The position numbers and the translations under genes were made by a program. Shown here one piece after another: positions 38,081-47,577 of a DNA stretch of 60,555 nucleotides (positions are counted from its first letter, which is position 1; each line of letters starts with the position of its first letter). The notes under the pieces are model-generated. The model was not told the origin of the DNA, made no database searches, and saw only the letters and a program-made list of their open reading frames with translations. The stretch spans positions 128,001-188,555 of IMG/VR virus record IMGVR_UViG_3300017971_000004, one strand, 5' to 3'. This DNA comes from a virus. Lineage: Duplodnaviria; Heunggongvirae; Uroviricota; Caudoviricetes.

Positions 38081-38689
38081 TTACGAAATCATTCGTACTT
38101 TGGTATAGTTCAACGTGGCGTGCACCATCACGATTCGATCACCTTGCGCCTGGAGATTCCGACCCAGCTGGCTGAACCAGCACCCGGAATACCAGAACTT
38201 CTCGACGTAGTACTCGGCACCCACCTGAACGTCCTCCAGATCATCCTTGACCCCAGCGGCGCTCAAGATGGCTCCCGTGGCCTGTTCGACCTTCTTGTTG
38301 AGCTTCTTGCCGAACGAGAAAGGATCTCCCGCCTTCTTGTCGAGCCACGGGATGGAAGGATCCTTGTCGCTCTTGAAGCGAATCCACTTCTCCTCGATGT
38401 CGATGGGATTGTGTTGGTCCGTCAACATCCAAAACGGTTTCGGCGTCCCCCACACCTCCTCCATCTTGTTGGTGAAAAGATCGTACCGGCCAATCTGAAT
38501 CGTCAGGCCCGTCGCGATGCCGGGAACGTTTTCGAAAGGCTCCCCGGTGCCGACAGCGCTGATCTCGTAGAACGGTTGCACCGCCCGCGCCTGATTGGGA
38601 GCCCACGATTGGATGTGACCGATTATCTGGTTCCCGGCCTTGATCGAGATCGCATGAGAGGTACGGATCTGCGTGGCGGGTACGGGCAT
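38081..38689 (-). CDS. Tail tube protein paralog 2 (with approx 54-aa insertion)
   Basis: Collinear with the 148-aa tube (IQSWAPNQ, YDLF, LTDQ, EEKW, CWFSQLGRNLQAQGDRIVMV); extra segment between EEKW and EKF. Confidence 0.85.
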   Translation of the reverse strand: MPVPATQIRTSHAISIKAGNQIIGHIQSWAPNQARAVQPFYEISAVGTGEPFENVPGIATGLTIQIGRYDLFTNKMEEVWGTPKPFWMLTDQHNPIDIEEKWIRFKSDKDPSIPWLDKKAGDPFSFGKKLNKKVEQATGAILSAAGVKDDLEDVQVGAEYYVEKFWYSGCWFSQLGRNLQAQGDRIVMVHATLNYTKVRMIS

Positions 38690-38702
38690 CTCATCTCACG
38701 GC

Positions 38703-39149
38703 TTAAACGGGCCGCACACGAGCGTAGTTCAACGTCGCGTTGACCATCACGATCCGGTCGCCCTGCGCCTGGAGGTTGCGCCCCAGCTGGCTGAACCAGC
38801 AGTCGAAGTAGATGAACTTCTCGCTAGTGCCGTCCGGGTTGCTCCACTTCTCCTCGACCTCGATCTTGTTGTTCTGGTCGGTGAGCATCCAGAGCGCTTT
38901 CGGGGTACCCCAGACCTGCTCCATCTTCGACGCGAACAGGTCATAGCGGGATACCTGGATGGTGAGGCCGGTGACGTTGCCGGGCACGTTCTCGATGACC
39001 TCCCCGGAGGTCTCCGCCCGAAGCTCGTAGGCTGGCGTGACGGTCCGAGACTGGTTCGGTGCCCAGGTCTGGATCTGGCCGATGGTAGTACCGGCGGCGC
39101 GGAGAGATACCGCGTGGCTACTACGAATCGTCGTGTTCGGAACTGGCAT
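38703..39149 (-). CDS. Tail tube protein
   Basis: 148 aa directly after the sheath gene; T4 gp19-like size and pattern. Confidence 0.88.
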   Translation of the reverse strand: MPVPNTTIRSSHAVSLRAAGTTIGQIQTWAPNQSRTVTPAYELRAETSGEVIENVPGNVTGLTIQVSRYDLFASKMEQVWGTPKALWMLTDQNNKIEVEEKWSNPDGTSEKFIYFDCWFSQLGRNLQAQGDRIVMVNATLNYARVRPV

Positions 39150-39169
39150 ATCTTAGCCTCCTCCCTTTC

Positions 39170-41665
39170 TTACGCCGGGGCGAAGAAGGGGTTATCCACG
39201 CTGTACTCGCCGAAGAACCGCTTCGCCGGGTACTTCAGGTTGAACCAGTACTTGAAATAGAAGGTGCGAGGATCGGTGCTCGACTGGTACACCTGGATGT
39301 CGCTCGAAGCGTCGATGTCCCTCGGGAAGCCGGCCTCGTCGCGGTACGGCGCGATGGTGCCGGCGTTGATCTGGGCGAGCAGCCCGATCATGATCCACTT
39401 CTTGACGTCCGAGATGAAGTCCGCCAGATCATCCGGTACGACGCCGACGAGGTTGGTCGACACCAAGTTGTCGATGGTGTCGGTGACGGCGTCCTTCTGG
39501 GCGCTCGCGGACGGCTCCTCGAACTGGACGACCTTGCCGCCCCCGGCCTCGGTGGTCAACGGATCGAGCAGCACGAAGCGACCCGCGTCCAAGGTCACAA
39601 CCGTGACGCCCTTGTCGGCCATCGCATGCCGCTCGCCGCGCAGGTACGTCCCGAAGCCCTCCTCGTTGAAACCCTTGACGAACTTGCCGATCAGAGCGCT
39701 GGACGGGCTCGGGAGGGCCGTGAACGCAGCGCAGACGGCGGTCGCGAGGTAGGTACCGTCGAGTTCGAGCGTGATCTCCTGCTGGGTATCCAGCGTGATG
39801 GTGCGCTCGACATCGCCCGGCGCGCAGAGAACGTGACGACCACGACCCGGCGACGTGTTCCCCGGCTGGAGAACCTGCGTCGACCGGTAGATGAACGTGT
39901 CCGGTGTGTCCGGATCGCCAGGATCGGTATCACGGGCCATCCCGTACCAGCCGCGCCGATAATGCTTCTCCAGCATGGACGACTGCTCGGAAACGTGCTG
40001 CATCGTGTAGACCGCCGTCGCCCGAGCGGTGTCGAGCACCACGATCTCGGTGATGCCCTTCTTCTCCTCGCAGACGTCGATGGCGGCGTTGATCTGGTTC
40101 TGGGTCGGGATGCCCGGCGTGGTCGAGTCGTTGATCTGGACGAGCCAGACGCTGTTCGCCTCGTTCTCGAAGGCGACCTCGCCCGCAATGCACAGCTTGT
40201 TGCGCAGGTAGTTGTCGAGGGTCAACGGAGACGTGTACTCGTAGAGCTGGTCCGGATCGAACACGCGGTGCGCCGTCTCGTAGTCGGTGGAGGGCCGCGT
40301 GTAGTCGTAGGTCGCGAAATATTCCGCGCCGAACTCGGGCCGCAGCCCGACGCCGTAGACCTCGTAGGGCAGCGTGATCGTGCCGAAGAGGGTGGCGAAG
40401 GAGTTGTCGGACGTATCCAAGAACTCGATGGACGAGGACGCTCCCTTCGGCTGCGGGAAGTTCTCGAAAGGATCGGGAACGTCGAGCTTGATCGCTCCGA
40501 AGCCGTCATCGGAAGCGACGTGCGCGTAGGCCGGACCGTAGTAGGTCGATGCGTTCAGAGCCGTGTTGATGTCAGCGGCGATCTGGGTCGCGGTGCGCCC
40601 GACGCCTGCGGTCAGCGTGATGGTGATCGGAGTGCCGCTGTTGATGGAAAGGTAGAGCTTGTCGTTCGTCGCTGCGGTGATGTTGTAGGGACCGGTGAGA
40701 CCGGTGATCGTCGAATTGGCCCAGACGGTGCTGGTCCAGTCGAGGGTGTTACCCGTCTCCTGGTAGTCGGTGTTCTTCGTGAACGAGGTGCCGCCGGGGT
40801 AGGTCCCGACGTTGACGATCTTGTCGAGCGGCGTGGTCGCCGTGGCGCTGGCCAGAACATCGGTCAGGATGTCGATGGCAATGTAGTCGAGGGTGTAGGT
40901 CGCGGTCGAGATATAGCTCTCGTCCTTGATCTGGATCCAGGTCGAGGCCTGGATGCCTGCCGTCGCGGTCGGAACCCACGCGGCGTTTGAAATCTCCGAC
41001 GCGCCGTCGTTGGTGGTCGCCAAGGACAGGAACACCTTGACATCCGAGGCCGGAGTCGTGCTCGGCGACGCGATCGTGATGATCTCGTTCACGGCCCCCG
41101 TCGCATGGGTCGCCACGCCGGCATAATCCGCACCGTAATCCGAATAGTACGTACCGGCGGCGTTGCCCAGCTCGTAGTTGATGGCGTCGCAGATATCGGT
41201 GGCCGTGGCCGCAGCCGGAGCGCCACCGACCGCCGTCACCGCTGCGTTCATGTCGAGGGTGACCACGCGCTTGCCGTCGAGGGAGATGGTGAAGTACTGC
41301 GCCGTTCCGGTACCACTGGAAACATCGATGGTCGCGCCCGCCCACTCGTTCCCTACGAGATAGGCCGACAGGAACCACCAGTCTCCCAGACCCAGCTCAT
41401 TGCCGTTCAGGTACAGCTTGGCCTCGTTGCGGTCCCGATTCGACACGTTCACCAGCTGGGCCGTGTGAGGAGTCGAGGCGGCAACGGTGAGCGTCTCCTC
41501 GTATACCTTCCCGCGAGTGATGGGTTCATCGACTTCGCGACGAGTCCGAGGCGCGATCCCGACGATGCACATGACGCGTTCTGAAGAAACAGAAACCGCT
41601 CCAGGAGCGATCACTTCTTGGATATACACGCCCGGATCGACGTATTTCGAAATCGAGATGGCCAT
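39170..41665 (-). CDS. Contractile tail sheath protein
   Basis: YVDPGVYIQEV N-terminus; C-term ADKGVTVV...DPLTTE, DPRTFYFKYWFNLKYPAKRFFGEY. Confidence 0.92.
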   Translation of the reverse strand: MAISISKYVDPGVYIQEVIAPGAVSVSSERVMCIVGIAPRTRREVDEPITRGKVYEETLTVAASTPHTAQLVNVSNRDRNEAKLYLNGNELGLGDWWFLSAYLVGNEWAGATIDVSSGTGTAQYFTISLDGKRVVTLDMNAAVTAVGGAPAAATATDICDAINYELGNAAGTYYSDYGADYAGVATHATGAVNEIITIASPSTTPASDVKVFLSLATTNDGASEISNAAWVPTATAGIQASTWIQIKDESYISTATYTLDYIAIDILTDVLASATATTPLDKIVNVGTYPGGTSFTKNTDYQETGNTLDWTSTVWANSTITGLTGPYNITAATNDKLYLSINSGTPITITLTAGVGRTATQIAADINTALNASTYYGPAYAHVASDDGFGAIKLDVPDPFENFPQPKGASSSIEFLDTSDNSFATLFGTITLPYEVYGVGLRPEFGAEYFATYDYTRPSTDYETAHRVFDPDQLYEYTSPLTLDNYLRNKLCIAGEVAFENEANSVWLVQINDSTTPGIPTQNQINAAIDVCEEKKGITEIVVLDTARATAVYTMQHVSEQSSMLEKHYRRGWYGMARDTDPGDPDTPDTFIYRSTQVLQPGNTSPGRGRHVLCAPGDVERTITLDTQQEITLELDGTYLATAVCAAFTALPSPSSALIGKFVKGFNEEGFGTYLRGERHAMADKGVTVVTLDAGRFVLLDPLTTEAGGGKVVQFEEPSASAQKDAVTDTIDNLVSTNLVGVVPDDLADFISDVKKWIMIGLLAQINAGTIAPYRDEAGFPRDIDASSDIQVYQSSTDPRTFYFKYWFNLKYPAKRFFGEYSVDNPFFAPA

Positions 41666-41692
41666 TTGGATGAACCTCCCTTGAATCTCGGA

Positions 41693-41702
41693 TTATTATA
41701 TC
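41693..41702 (-). promoter_or_regulatory. Putative late-type promoter element GATATAATAA upstream of sheath
   Basis: Exact 10-mer match to 10385-10394; no TTGACA at canonical spacing; GGGAGG RBS downstream. Confidence 0.6.
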
Positions 41703-41739
41703 TCGACAGTCGTCGGGAATCTAAAGACGGGGAAGAAGA

Positions 41740-42915
41740 CTACTCTTCGAGGTCGATCCGGTGGACATTGTAGTAGTCTCCGGAGGGAAGTTCCGGATTA
41801 TACACAACATTCTCGGGCTTTATCCAGGTAGCGGTACCACGATTGACGTCCCGATTGACGAAGTCGACAGCGATCAAAGGTACCGAACCCCGGATGGAGT
41901 ATATCTGCTCGCGCTGGTCGCCACCAGCCCTCGGAGTGGCATACTCGCCGGCCCAGTTGAACTCGCCCTTGAGGATAAGCTGGTACCACTCGGGAGGTTC
42001 GAGGTCAGGATTGTAGTAGGATCTCCCGATGATCTGGAAGTACTGACGCTCCATGTAGAACGCGAAATAATCGTAGACAAGATCCGCCAGCTCGGTCCGG
42101 GTATTCAGAGAATCCGTGACCACGTCGATGTTGATGGTCATCTCTGCCGCCACCACGAAACGCTGCTTCGGAGGATTCTCCAGATTTTCATAGGTATCGT
42201 ACTGCCCTACCGTGAACCCGAGCGCCGCCAGGCATTCCGGATCACCCCCGATGATCTCGATGGAGTTAGGAACCCCCGACGCCGCAGGACCGCCGGCTAC
42301 GATCCGCATGAATCCATCCGGAGTCGTGACCGCGTGGTAGAAGAGCGCCTGCATGTTGATCGCCGCCGCCACGTCTTCGGGAGAAGCGTTGTGGATGTCT
42401 CCGAAGATGACTTCCTCGAACAAGATGGTAGAGATTTCGGCAATCTCTCGAAGTTCAGGATCTCGGCTGTTGGCATAGGGATAGGTCTTCAGCTGGAGCG
42501 TCCAACCGGGATTGAGATCGACATTTCCCTGCGTCGTGCCCTGCACGCTGGAAGGATACTGGCCGTCCGAGGCGAAGTTGCCCCCGATGCTCAAACGCTT
42601 CTCCCGCATCGAGGCAGAAGTGATGGCAATCATTGGAAATCGATCCGGAGTGTCAGCCTGGGACATGATGAGGTTCATCACCGTCTCCATGCTGCGCTCG
42701 GTCGACCCACTCCCCATGTGCGCGAACTTCTCGATAGTAGGTATTTCTGAGATCTTGGCCCGCATAGTCTGGGACCGATAATCAAAGAATCTCCGAAGTT
42801 CGGAGGCAACCGCGTCCTTGGTCGTCTCGATGAGTTGTCCGAAACGAGGAGGATCCTTCGGATCGTAGGGATCCGCCGGTCGATATTCACGCGGCTCTGA
42901 GAAATCGTTCGCCAT
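41740..42915 (-). CDS. Tail completion/terminator-like neck protein
   Basis: DRFPMIAITSAS, TINIDVVTDSLNTRTELADLV; position just upstream of sheath; TGATG start at 42915. Confidence 0.6.
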   Translation of the reverse strand: MANDFSEPREYRPADPYDPKDPPRFGQLIETTKDAVASELRRFFDYRSQTMRAKISEIPTIEKFAHMGSGSTERSMETVMNLIMSQADTPDRFPMIAITSASMREKRLSIGGNFASDGQYPSSVQGTTQGNVDLNPGWTLQLKTYPYANSRDPELREIAEISTILFEEVIFGDIHNASPEDVAAAINMQALFYHAVTTPDGFMRIVAGGPAASGVPNSIEIIGGDPECLAALGFTVGQYDTYENLENPPKQRFVVAAEMTINIDVVTDSLNTRTELADLVYDYFAFYMERQYFQIIGRSYYNPDLEPPEWYQLILKGEFNWAGEYATPRAGGDQREQIYSIRGSVPLIAVDFVNRDVNRGTATWIKPENVVYNPELPSGDYYNVHRIDLEE

Positions 42916-44015
42916 CACCACACCAAATGAAATGGGCCTGCCGGATCCGCGATGCGAATCTCGAAGGTCTGCGAAACCAGGATGTATCCGAACGGATCAG
43001 AGTTCTGCCAAGATGTCGTCACATAGCGCGAACCTATCCGAGCGCCATCCAAGACTTCGATGAAGGCCAACGGACCTTTGAGCAACTCATCCTGGCTACC
43101 CATCTCGATTGTCGGATCGAAGAAAGCGAGTCCGGCGGTCCAGAACGAGAGGCCATCCTCGACCGGGATATCACCGTATTCGTACTTGCGAGCCCGTGTT
43201 TTGGGTGGTTCGCGCATGATCAGGATCCAAGGACCCATCCGGTACTGACCCGCAGACGGATGCGAGAGCGGCAGCCGCGCGAAGCGAGCCCTGATGATCT
43301 CGAACTGTGGAGAGATCACGTCCACTGAATCCCGGTTCAAAGTCGCCCGAAACCGAATGGTGCCGCTGGTCGGGTTCACCGAGCACAAGGTATCCAGGGA
43401 TGCCCAGGTGTCTCCGCCGTCCAACGAGTATTCGACCACCACCGAGGACTCGGACTCCTCCGGCAAGAAGTAGAGCGCCTGCGCCGACCAGGCCGATCCG
43501 AAAGCGTCCCGATTGAACGACATGTCGACGCTCTCGATGACACCAGTGACCGCTCCGTCCGCGAGAATGACCTTGGACGACTTCCACCCTTGGGTGAGGT
43601 GTACGTCCGTCAGCGTGGCGTCTGGGTCGCTTCCGGAGAGCCAGAAAGTCTCGTAACCGAACTTCACGTAGCCAGGCACGATGCCGACGCCGTGACAGGC
43701 CCCGCACTTCCTGTCGGCCTGCTGGTTGCTCTCCTTGTAACAAGCGCACTGCGGTCCTTCGGTGACACCCCTCCAGAGAGCCGCGCGAATCGAACCTGCC
43801 AGGATCTGCTCCGTCAGGAGCGCGCGTTGGCGGGCGTGTTCCTGGTTGGCAAAGATTTGAGCATGAATATCGCGCCCCCAGTAGCCCACCGCCATGTGGG
43901 CACCGGGAACCTTGCAACCCTTGGTCGCCGTGTCCTGGCCGCAGACGGCATCCCCGTCGTTGCCATTTCCAGTCCCGTTGCCGTTGCCGGCTTCTTCACA
44001 CCCACCGTTGTTCAT
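42915..44015 (-). CDS. Head closure/neck protein with Cys-rich knuckle
   Basis: QCACY...KCGACHGVG motif; position between adaptor and terminator genes. Confidence 0.55.
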   Translation of the reverse strand: MNNGGCEEAGNGNGTGNGNDGDAVCGQDTATKGCKVPGAHMAVGYWGRDIHAQIFANQEHARQRALLTEQILAGSIRAALWRGVTEGPQCACYKESNQQADRKCGACHGVGIVPGYVKFGYETFWLSGSDPDATLTDVHLTQGWKSSKVILADGAVTGVIESVDMSFNRDAFGSAWSAQALYFLPEESESSVVVEYSLDGGDTWASLDTLCSVNPTSGTIRFRATLNRDSVDVISPQFEIIRARFARLPLSHPSAGQYRMGPWILIMREPPKTRARKYEYGDIPVEDGLSFWTAGLAFFDPTIEMGSQDELLKGPLAFIEVLDGARIGSRYVTTSWQNSDPFGYILVSQTFEIRIADPAGPFHLVW

Positions 44016-44185
44016 CGACTCTCAATCAGCTCCGCAAGAAGATCATCCAAAGACTGCTCACCGCGTCCCTCATCGTACTCGGACACCAGTTGCTGCCACT
44101 TCCCCGGATCCAGCAAGTTGGCGAACTTCTTGTTCCCCTCCCGACTACCGTCGAAGAGGTCGATCTTGATTTCCTTGACCGGCAT
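44012..44185 (-). CDS. Small hypothetical protein (57 aa), missed by the ORF track
   Basis: MPVKEIKIDLFDGSREGNKKFANLLDPGKWQQLVSEYDEGRGEQSLDDLLAELIESR*; start abuts the upstream TAA and the stop overlaps the next ATG (ATGA). Confidence 0.75.
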   Translation of the reverse strand: MPVKEIKIDLFDGSREGNKKFANLLDPGKWQQLVSEYDEGRGEQSLDDLLAELIESR

Positions 44186-45109
44186 TTAGACCCCCGAGAC
44201 GCCGCCAGGCCAGAGGTTGCGGAACAAGCTGCCGTAAGGCGCAGAAGCAAGGAGCATGGAAAAGGCCATGTCCATTCTCACCTCGGCGCTCATCGTGCCG
44301 CTGTTCACGAAGTGGCGCTTGAAGTTCGGAATCGCCATGTCCAACTCCGACTTCAAGTGGCTCAGATAGCCGGCAAACGGAGTGGCGTGCTGAAGTACGA
44401 AGGAATGTCCCGAATCGCTGTACTGGGGCACGTCCGTATCGATGCTGAAGAGCAACTGGCTCGTGATGCCCTGGTAGATCGCGGCTTTGATCAAGATGTT
44501 CGAGAACATCTCGATGGGGAAATACTCCAGCGATACCCAGGTCGGGTACGGCTGGGCCTCGTTGATCATATTCAACCCGAGACGCAAGAACAGGAGCAGC
44601 ATCCCGTCTGTGTAGCCCAGGAAACAGTACTGCTCCGGCAGATTCGGCTTGATGACCTTGTCGATCATCACCCGAAGAGACGGCAGCAGCGAGAGCACGC
44701 GCGGCGAAACAATGTCCAGGACCTGAGTCCGGTAGACATCCTCGGAGCTGGCGTCCTCCCGGCTGTGCCAGTTGAACAGCAACCGCTGAGCCGTCTCGGT
44801 CTCGTCGTCTTCTTCACCCCAGGTGATGTAGTACTTCCCGGCAGAAGGCCGCTTGATACGGTCCGTCGCACTCGGCGCGTCACTCGGGGGATAATAAGCC
44901 TCGATGAAGAGTGAATTGCCCCCCAGGTCGGTCACTTCGAGGTCAAGTTCACCCTCGGGATCGCCACTGGCCGGTGTGCTGGCATTGATGTCGACGAGTT
45001 CTCCGGCGGCATTGCGCAGCTCGATGTCGACCCGGCGCTTCGAGTTCGTCCGAGCCAGCTCGATCATGGCCGCAACAGACGGTTCCTCCATGCCAGGCTG
45101 GATGATCAT
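44186..45109 (-). CDS. Head-tail adaptor/connector-like protein
   Basis: 307 aa; N-terminal beta domain plus helical C-terminal region; position in the neck cluster. Confidence 0.55.
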   Translation of the reverse strand: MIIQPGMEEPSVAAMIELARTNSKRRVDIELRNAAGELVDINASTPASGDPEGELDLEVTDLGGNSLFIEAYYPPSDAPSATDRIKRPSAGKYYITWGEEDDETETAQRLLFNWHSREDASSEDVYRTQVLDIVSPRVLSLLPSLRVMIDKVIKPNLPEQYCFLGYTDGMLLLFLRLGLNMINEAQPYPTWVSLEYFPIEMFSNILIKAAIYQGITSQLLFSIDTDVPQYSDSGHSFVLQHATPFAGYLSHLKSELDMAIPNFKRHFVNSGTMSAEVRMDMAFSMLLASAPYGSLFRNLWPGGVSGV

Positions 45110-45474
45110 GCTGCTAGCTCACGTTCCTCCGGATTCGGGTTGCGGAACTCGACCGCCCAGTCATCGAGCAGGCGTGTGTCGAAGCCGAGCTGACGTTCGA
45201 GGTCCTCCTTGACTTCCCAGAGCCCCTCGATCAGCTCGTCGCTCTCGTCGAAGTTCTCGTCGAGCAACTCCCTGCCGTCGAAGACATAGACATCCGGACC
45301 TTGGCTGTTCTCCATCAGGTTGTTCCAGACGGCCCTCCCGGGACGATCGGCCTGGATGTAGTCGCCGAGATGCCACATGATGCTGTCCATGATGCGCTGG
45401 CGACGGTCGAAGTCGACGGCCCACTGCTGGGCCAGCCGGTAGAAGTTGATCGTCCTGATGCCTTCGAGCCGCAT
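45106..45474 (-). CDS. Acidic hypothetical protein (122 aa), possible internal head protein
   Basis: True start ATG 45474 (MRLEGIRTINFYRLA); basic N-terminus, very acidic remainder; ATGA overlap with the adaptor gene. Confidence 0.7.
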   Translation of the reverse strand: MRLEGIRTINFYRLAQQWAVDFDRRQRIMDSIMWHLGDYIQADRPGRAVWNNLMENSQGPDVYVFDGRELLDENFDESDELIEGLWEVKEDLERQLGFDTRLLDDWAVEFRNPNPEERELAA

Positions 45475-45475
45475 C

Positions 45476-45883
45476 TCAATCTCCCAGCAGGATGACAACG
45501 ACCTTTGCGTTGATGGGAGCTGTCGAGATGATCTGAACGGCGGTGATGTCTGTCTTGAACATCGCGATCCAGCCTCCCGACTCGTCCGTTGCCGGGCTAC
45601 CCTCCAGGTCGATGTACTCCGCGCCACCGTTGAAGAAAACGCGAATCGGCTGGTCGGTACCGATGTAGACGAAGCTCGCCTTGGACAGCGTCTGGAAGTC
45701 GACGTCCACGGTCCCGGAAGGCGGGATGATGTAGTTGCCCTCGACTTTCTCGTTGAACTCCAACACCGGTCCCGTCGCCGAAGCCGGATTGATGATCGGA
45801 GACCCGAAGACCGGCGCGACATTCGGCCCACCGGGAACCGAGGGATAGGTGATCTTGGCAGTGACCGTTGCTTCCTCTGACAT
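45476..45883 (-). CDS. Beta-rich putative virion protein (135 aa)
   Basis: GGAG RBS; beta-strand pattern; lies in the structural operon. Confidence 0.65.
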   Translation of the reverse strand: MSEEATVTAKITYPSVPGGPNVAPVFGSPIINPASATGPVLEFNEKVEGNYIIPPSGTVDVDFQTLSKASFVYIGTDQPIRVFFNGGAEYIDLEGSPATDESGGWIAMFKTDITAVQIISTAPINAKVVVILLGD

Positions 45884-45893
45884 CGGGCTCTCC

Positions 45894-46325
45894 TTATCTC
45901 GCGCCCGCCAGGGCGTAGCCGATTCCTACCGTAACTCCAACGCCCACCACGAAGCCCACCGCGCCCCAGAGGGCCGGGTGCCGGTACCAGGCGTCTTTCT
46001 CCTCCTCGCACATCTGAGTGAGCTGAGCCTGCTCTTCGAATGCGAGCCGCCACTTCTCCCCGATGTTCTCGGTGATGCGCAGATCCTCCCGGATCAGCTC
46101 CAAGTGGTGGTCTCGCAGTTCGAGTTTCGTGTCGATCAGCTCCAGCTTCTCGCGCAGCAGCTTCAGCTCCTTGAGGTCCTTGAGCATCTTGGTCGCGGTC
46201 TCCTCCGCGAACCAGTAGCCTGGATGGCCGTCATGCTCCAGCTCGATGGTTTCCGGCACCTCGCTGAGCGCCACGCGCGGCAGCATAACCATCAAAACGA
46301 CCAGGATGGAAGCCACGAACCTCAC
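45894..46325 (-). CDS. Signal peptide + coiled coil + C-terminal hydrophobic segment; spanin-partner-like
   Basis: MRFVASILVVLMVMLPRVALS-E, no lipobox Cys; C-term WYRHPALWGAVGFVVGVGVTVGIGYAL; ATGA overlap with the i-spanin-like gene. Confidence 0.6.
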   Translation of the reverse strand: MRFVASILVVLMVMLPRVALSEVPETIELEHDGHPGYWFAEETATKMLKDLKELKLLREKLELIDTKLELRDHHLELIREDLRITENIGEKWRLAFEEQAQLTQMCEEEKDAWYRHPALWGAVGFVVGVGVTVGIGYALAGAR

Positions 46326-46684
46326 TCGTCGCCTCCATATCCCAAATTCTTGAACTCTTTAAGCTTTTCCTTCGAAGAGAGCCGATCAATCTCCTTGCGA
46401 GCGACCTTGATCTCTTCGTTCTTGGCCTCGATCTTCTTGTCGATCTCCTCGATGTCCTTCTCGACGGCATTTTCTTGCCGCCGAATGACTTCACGCTTGC
46501 CTTCGAGCTTGGCGACTTCCTTCTCGGCCTTGAGCACCTTGATCTTGTGCTCTTGCTTCTTCCGTTTTCGAACATTGCTGGCAATGACGATTCCGGCGAT
46601 GGCGGCGAGGATAATCCCCACCGTAGCAGCGACCGCTTTCCAGTGCCGCTTCATCCATCCCCAGGCTCGTTTCAACCAGGACAT
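46322..46684 (-). CDS. Putative i-spanin (Rz-like)
   Basis: Basic N-terminus, one TM (VAATVGIILAAIAGIVIA), long charged coiled coil; near the holin. Confidence 0.6.
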   Translation of the reverse strand: MSWLKRAWGWMKRHWKAVAATVGIILAAIAGIVIASNVRKRKKQEHKIKVLKAEKEVAKLEGKREVIRRQENAVEKDIEEIDKKIEAKNEEIKVARKEIDRLSSKEKLKEFKNLGYGGDE

Positions 46685-46691
46685 CTTGGGA

Positions 46692-46976
46692 TCAATAACC
46701 CTTCTCCTCCCAGTACTTTCGGGCTTCCTCGGGATCCATTTCTCCCGCCGCCCCGGCCAAAGGTTCTATGTCCCTTCCGAAATTGGCCATCAGCTTAGTC
46801 AGCTCATCCGCGATCATCCCCGGATCGGTGTAGCTGTGCGACAATTCTTCTGAGACGAACTGAAGCACTTTGTCGTAGAGCTGTTCCGCTTCCACCTCGG
46901 GAGTTGCGTACACTCCTTGACGTTCCATTTTCGAGGCGATCCTCTTCAACCCATCTTCCGAAATCCCACGCTTCAT
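46692..46976 (-). CDS. Small acidic protein, paralog A (MKRGISEDGLKRIAS)
   Basis: Shares its N-terminal 15 aa pattern and C-terminal PEEA with the neighbouring gene. Confidence 0.75.
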   Translation of the reverse strand: MKRGISEDGLKRIASKMERQGVYATPEVEAEQLYDKVLQFVSEELSHSYTDPGMIADELTKLMANFGRDIEPLAGAAGEMDPEEARKYWEEKGY

Positions 46977-46977
46977 C

Positions 46978-47247
46978 TCAACCTCCCAGAAGCTCCTGTA
47001 CAGCTTCCTCCGGCGTGTAGTTGCTCTCCCTCATGTAGGCCAGCTCGGAGCCGTAATCACCGACCTGGAGGCCCGCAGCTTGGAGCTGAGAGGTTACCGC
47101 CTCGATCCATTCGTCGTAGCCCTGCTCGAAGCCTCCAAGACTCTGCACAGTACGTCCCATGTCGGTCAGAAAATCTGGAGCTTGCGCAGCTTTATCCAGC
47201 TGCGAAGCAATCCGCTTCAGACCTTCATCGGGAATACCGCGCCGCAC
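46978..47247 (-). CDS. Small acidic protein, paralog B (MRRGIPDEGLKRIAS)
   Basis: See paralog A; tightly packed with GGAGG RBS. Confidence 0.75.
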   Translation of the reverse strand: MRRGIPDEGLKRIASQLDKAAQAPDFLTDMGRTVQSLGGFEQGYDEWIEAVTSQLQAAGLQVGDYGSELAYMRESNYTPEEAVQELLGG

Positions 47248-47568
47248 CTACTCCTCCCGTCCGTTGGCCTTCTCTTCCAGCTTGGCCTTCGAGGCGAATG
47301 TCCGAGTCACCATCTTGTAGATGAGAGACGAGACGGTCCCGAGCGCTCCACCGGTCAGCAGCTGCTCCTTGACGGTTTCGAGCGGCAGCAGCAGACCCCC
47401 GATCAGGCCGAGCACGATGGGAATGAATGGCAGAATCCGCATCCCGATCTGGTTCTTCTGGAAGAATTTCTTGAAGCTCAGCTTGAGCGCCTGAACGATG
47501 CCCGCAACAACGACCGCGAGACCTACGTAGGGACCGTATTCCTTGAGAATCTCTATGAAATTTTCCAT
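47248..47568 (-). CDS. Putative holin
   Basis: 106 aa, up to three hydrophobic segments, ILPFIPIVLG motif, charged C-terminal tail. Confidence 0.7.
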   Translation of the reverse strand: MENFIEILKEYGPYVGLAVVVAGIVQALKLSFKKFFQKNQIGMRILPFIPIVLGLIGGLLLPLETVKEQLLTGGALGTVSSLIYKMVTRTFASKAKLEEKANGREE

Positions 47569-47577
47569 GACTCCTCC

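Noticed and set aside
21021-41665. Interpretation as an extracellular contractile injection system (two tubes, HExxH peptidase)
   Set aside because: Portal, protease, scaffold, MCP and replication genes are contiguous with the tail genes, so this is a phage.
45106-46053. 315-aa ORF as called in the track
   Set aside because: It overlaps two real genes; the supported gene starts at 45474.
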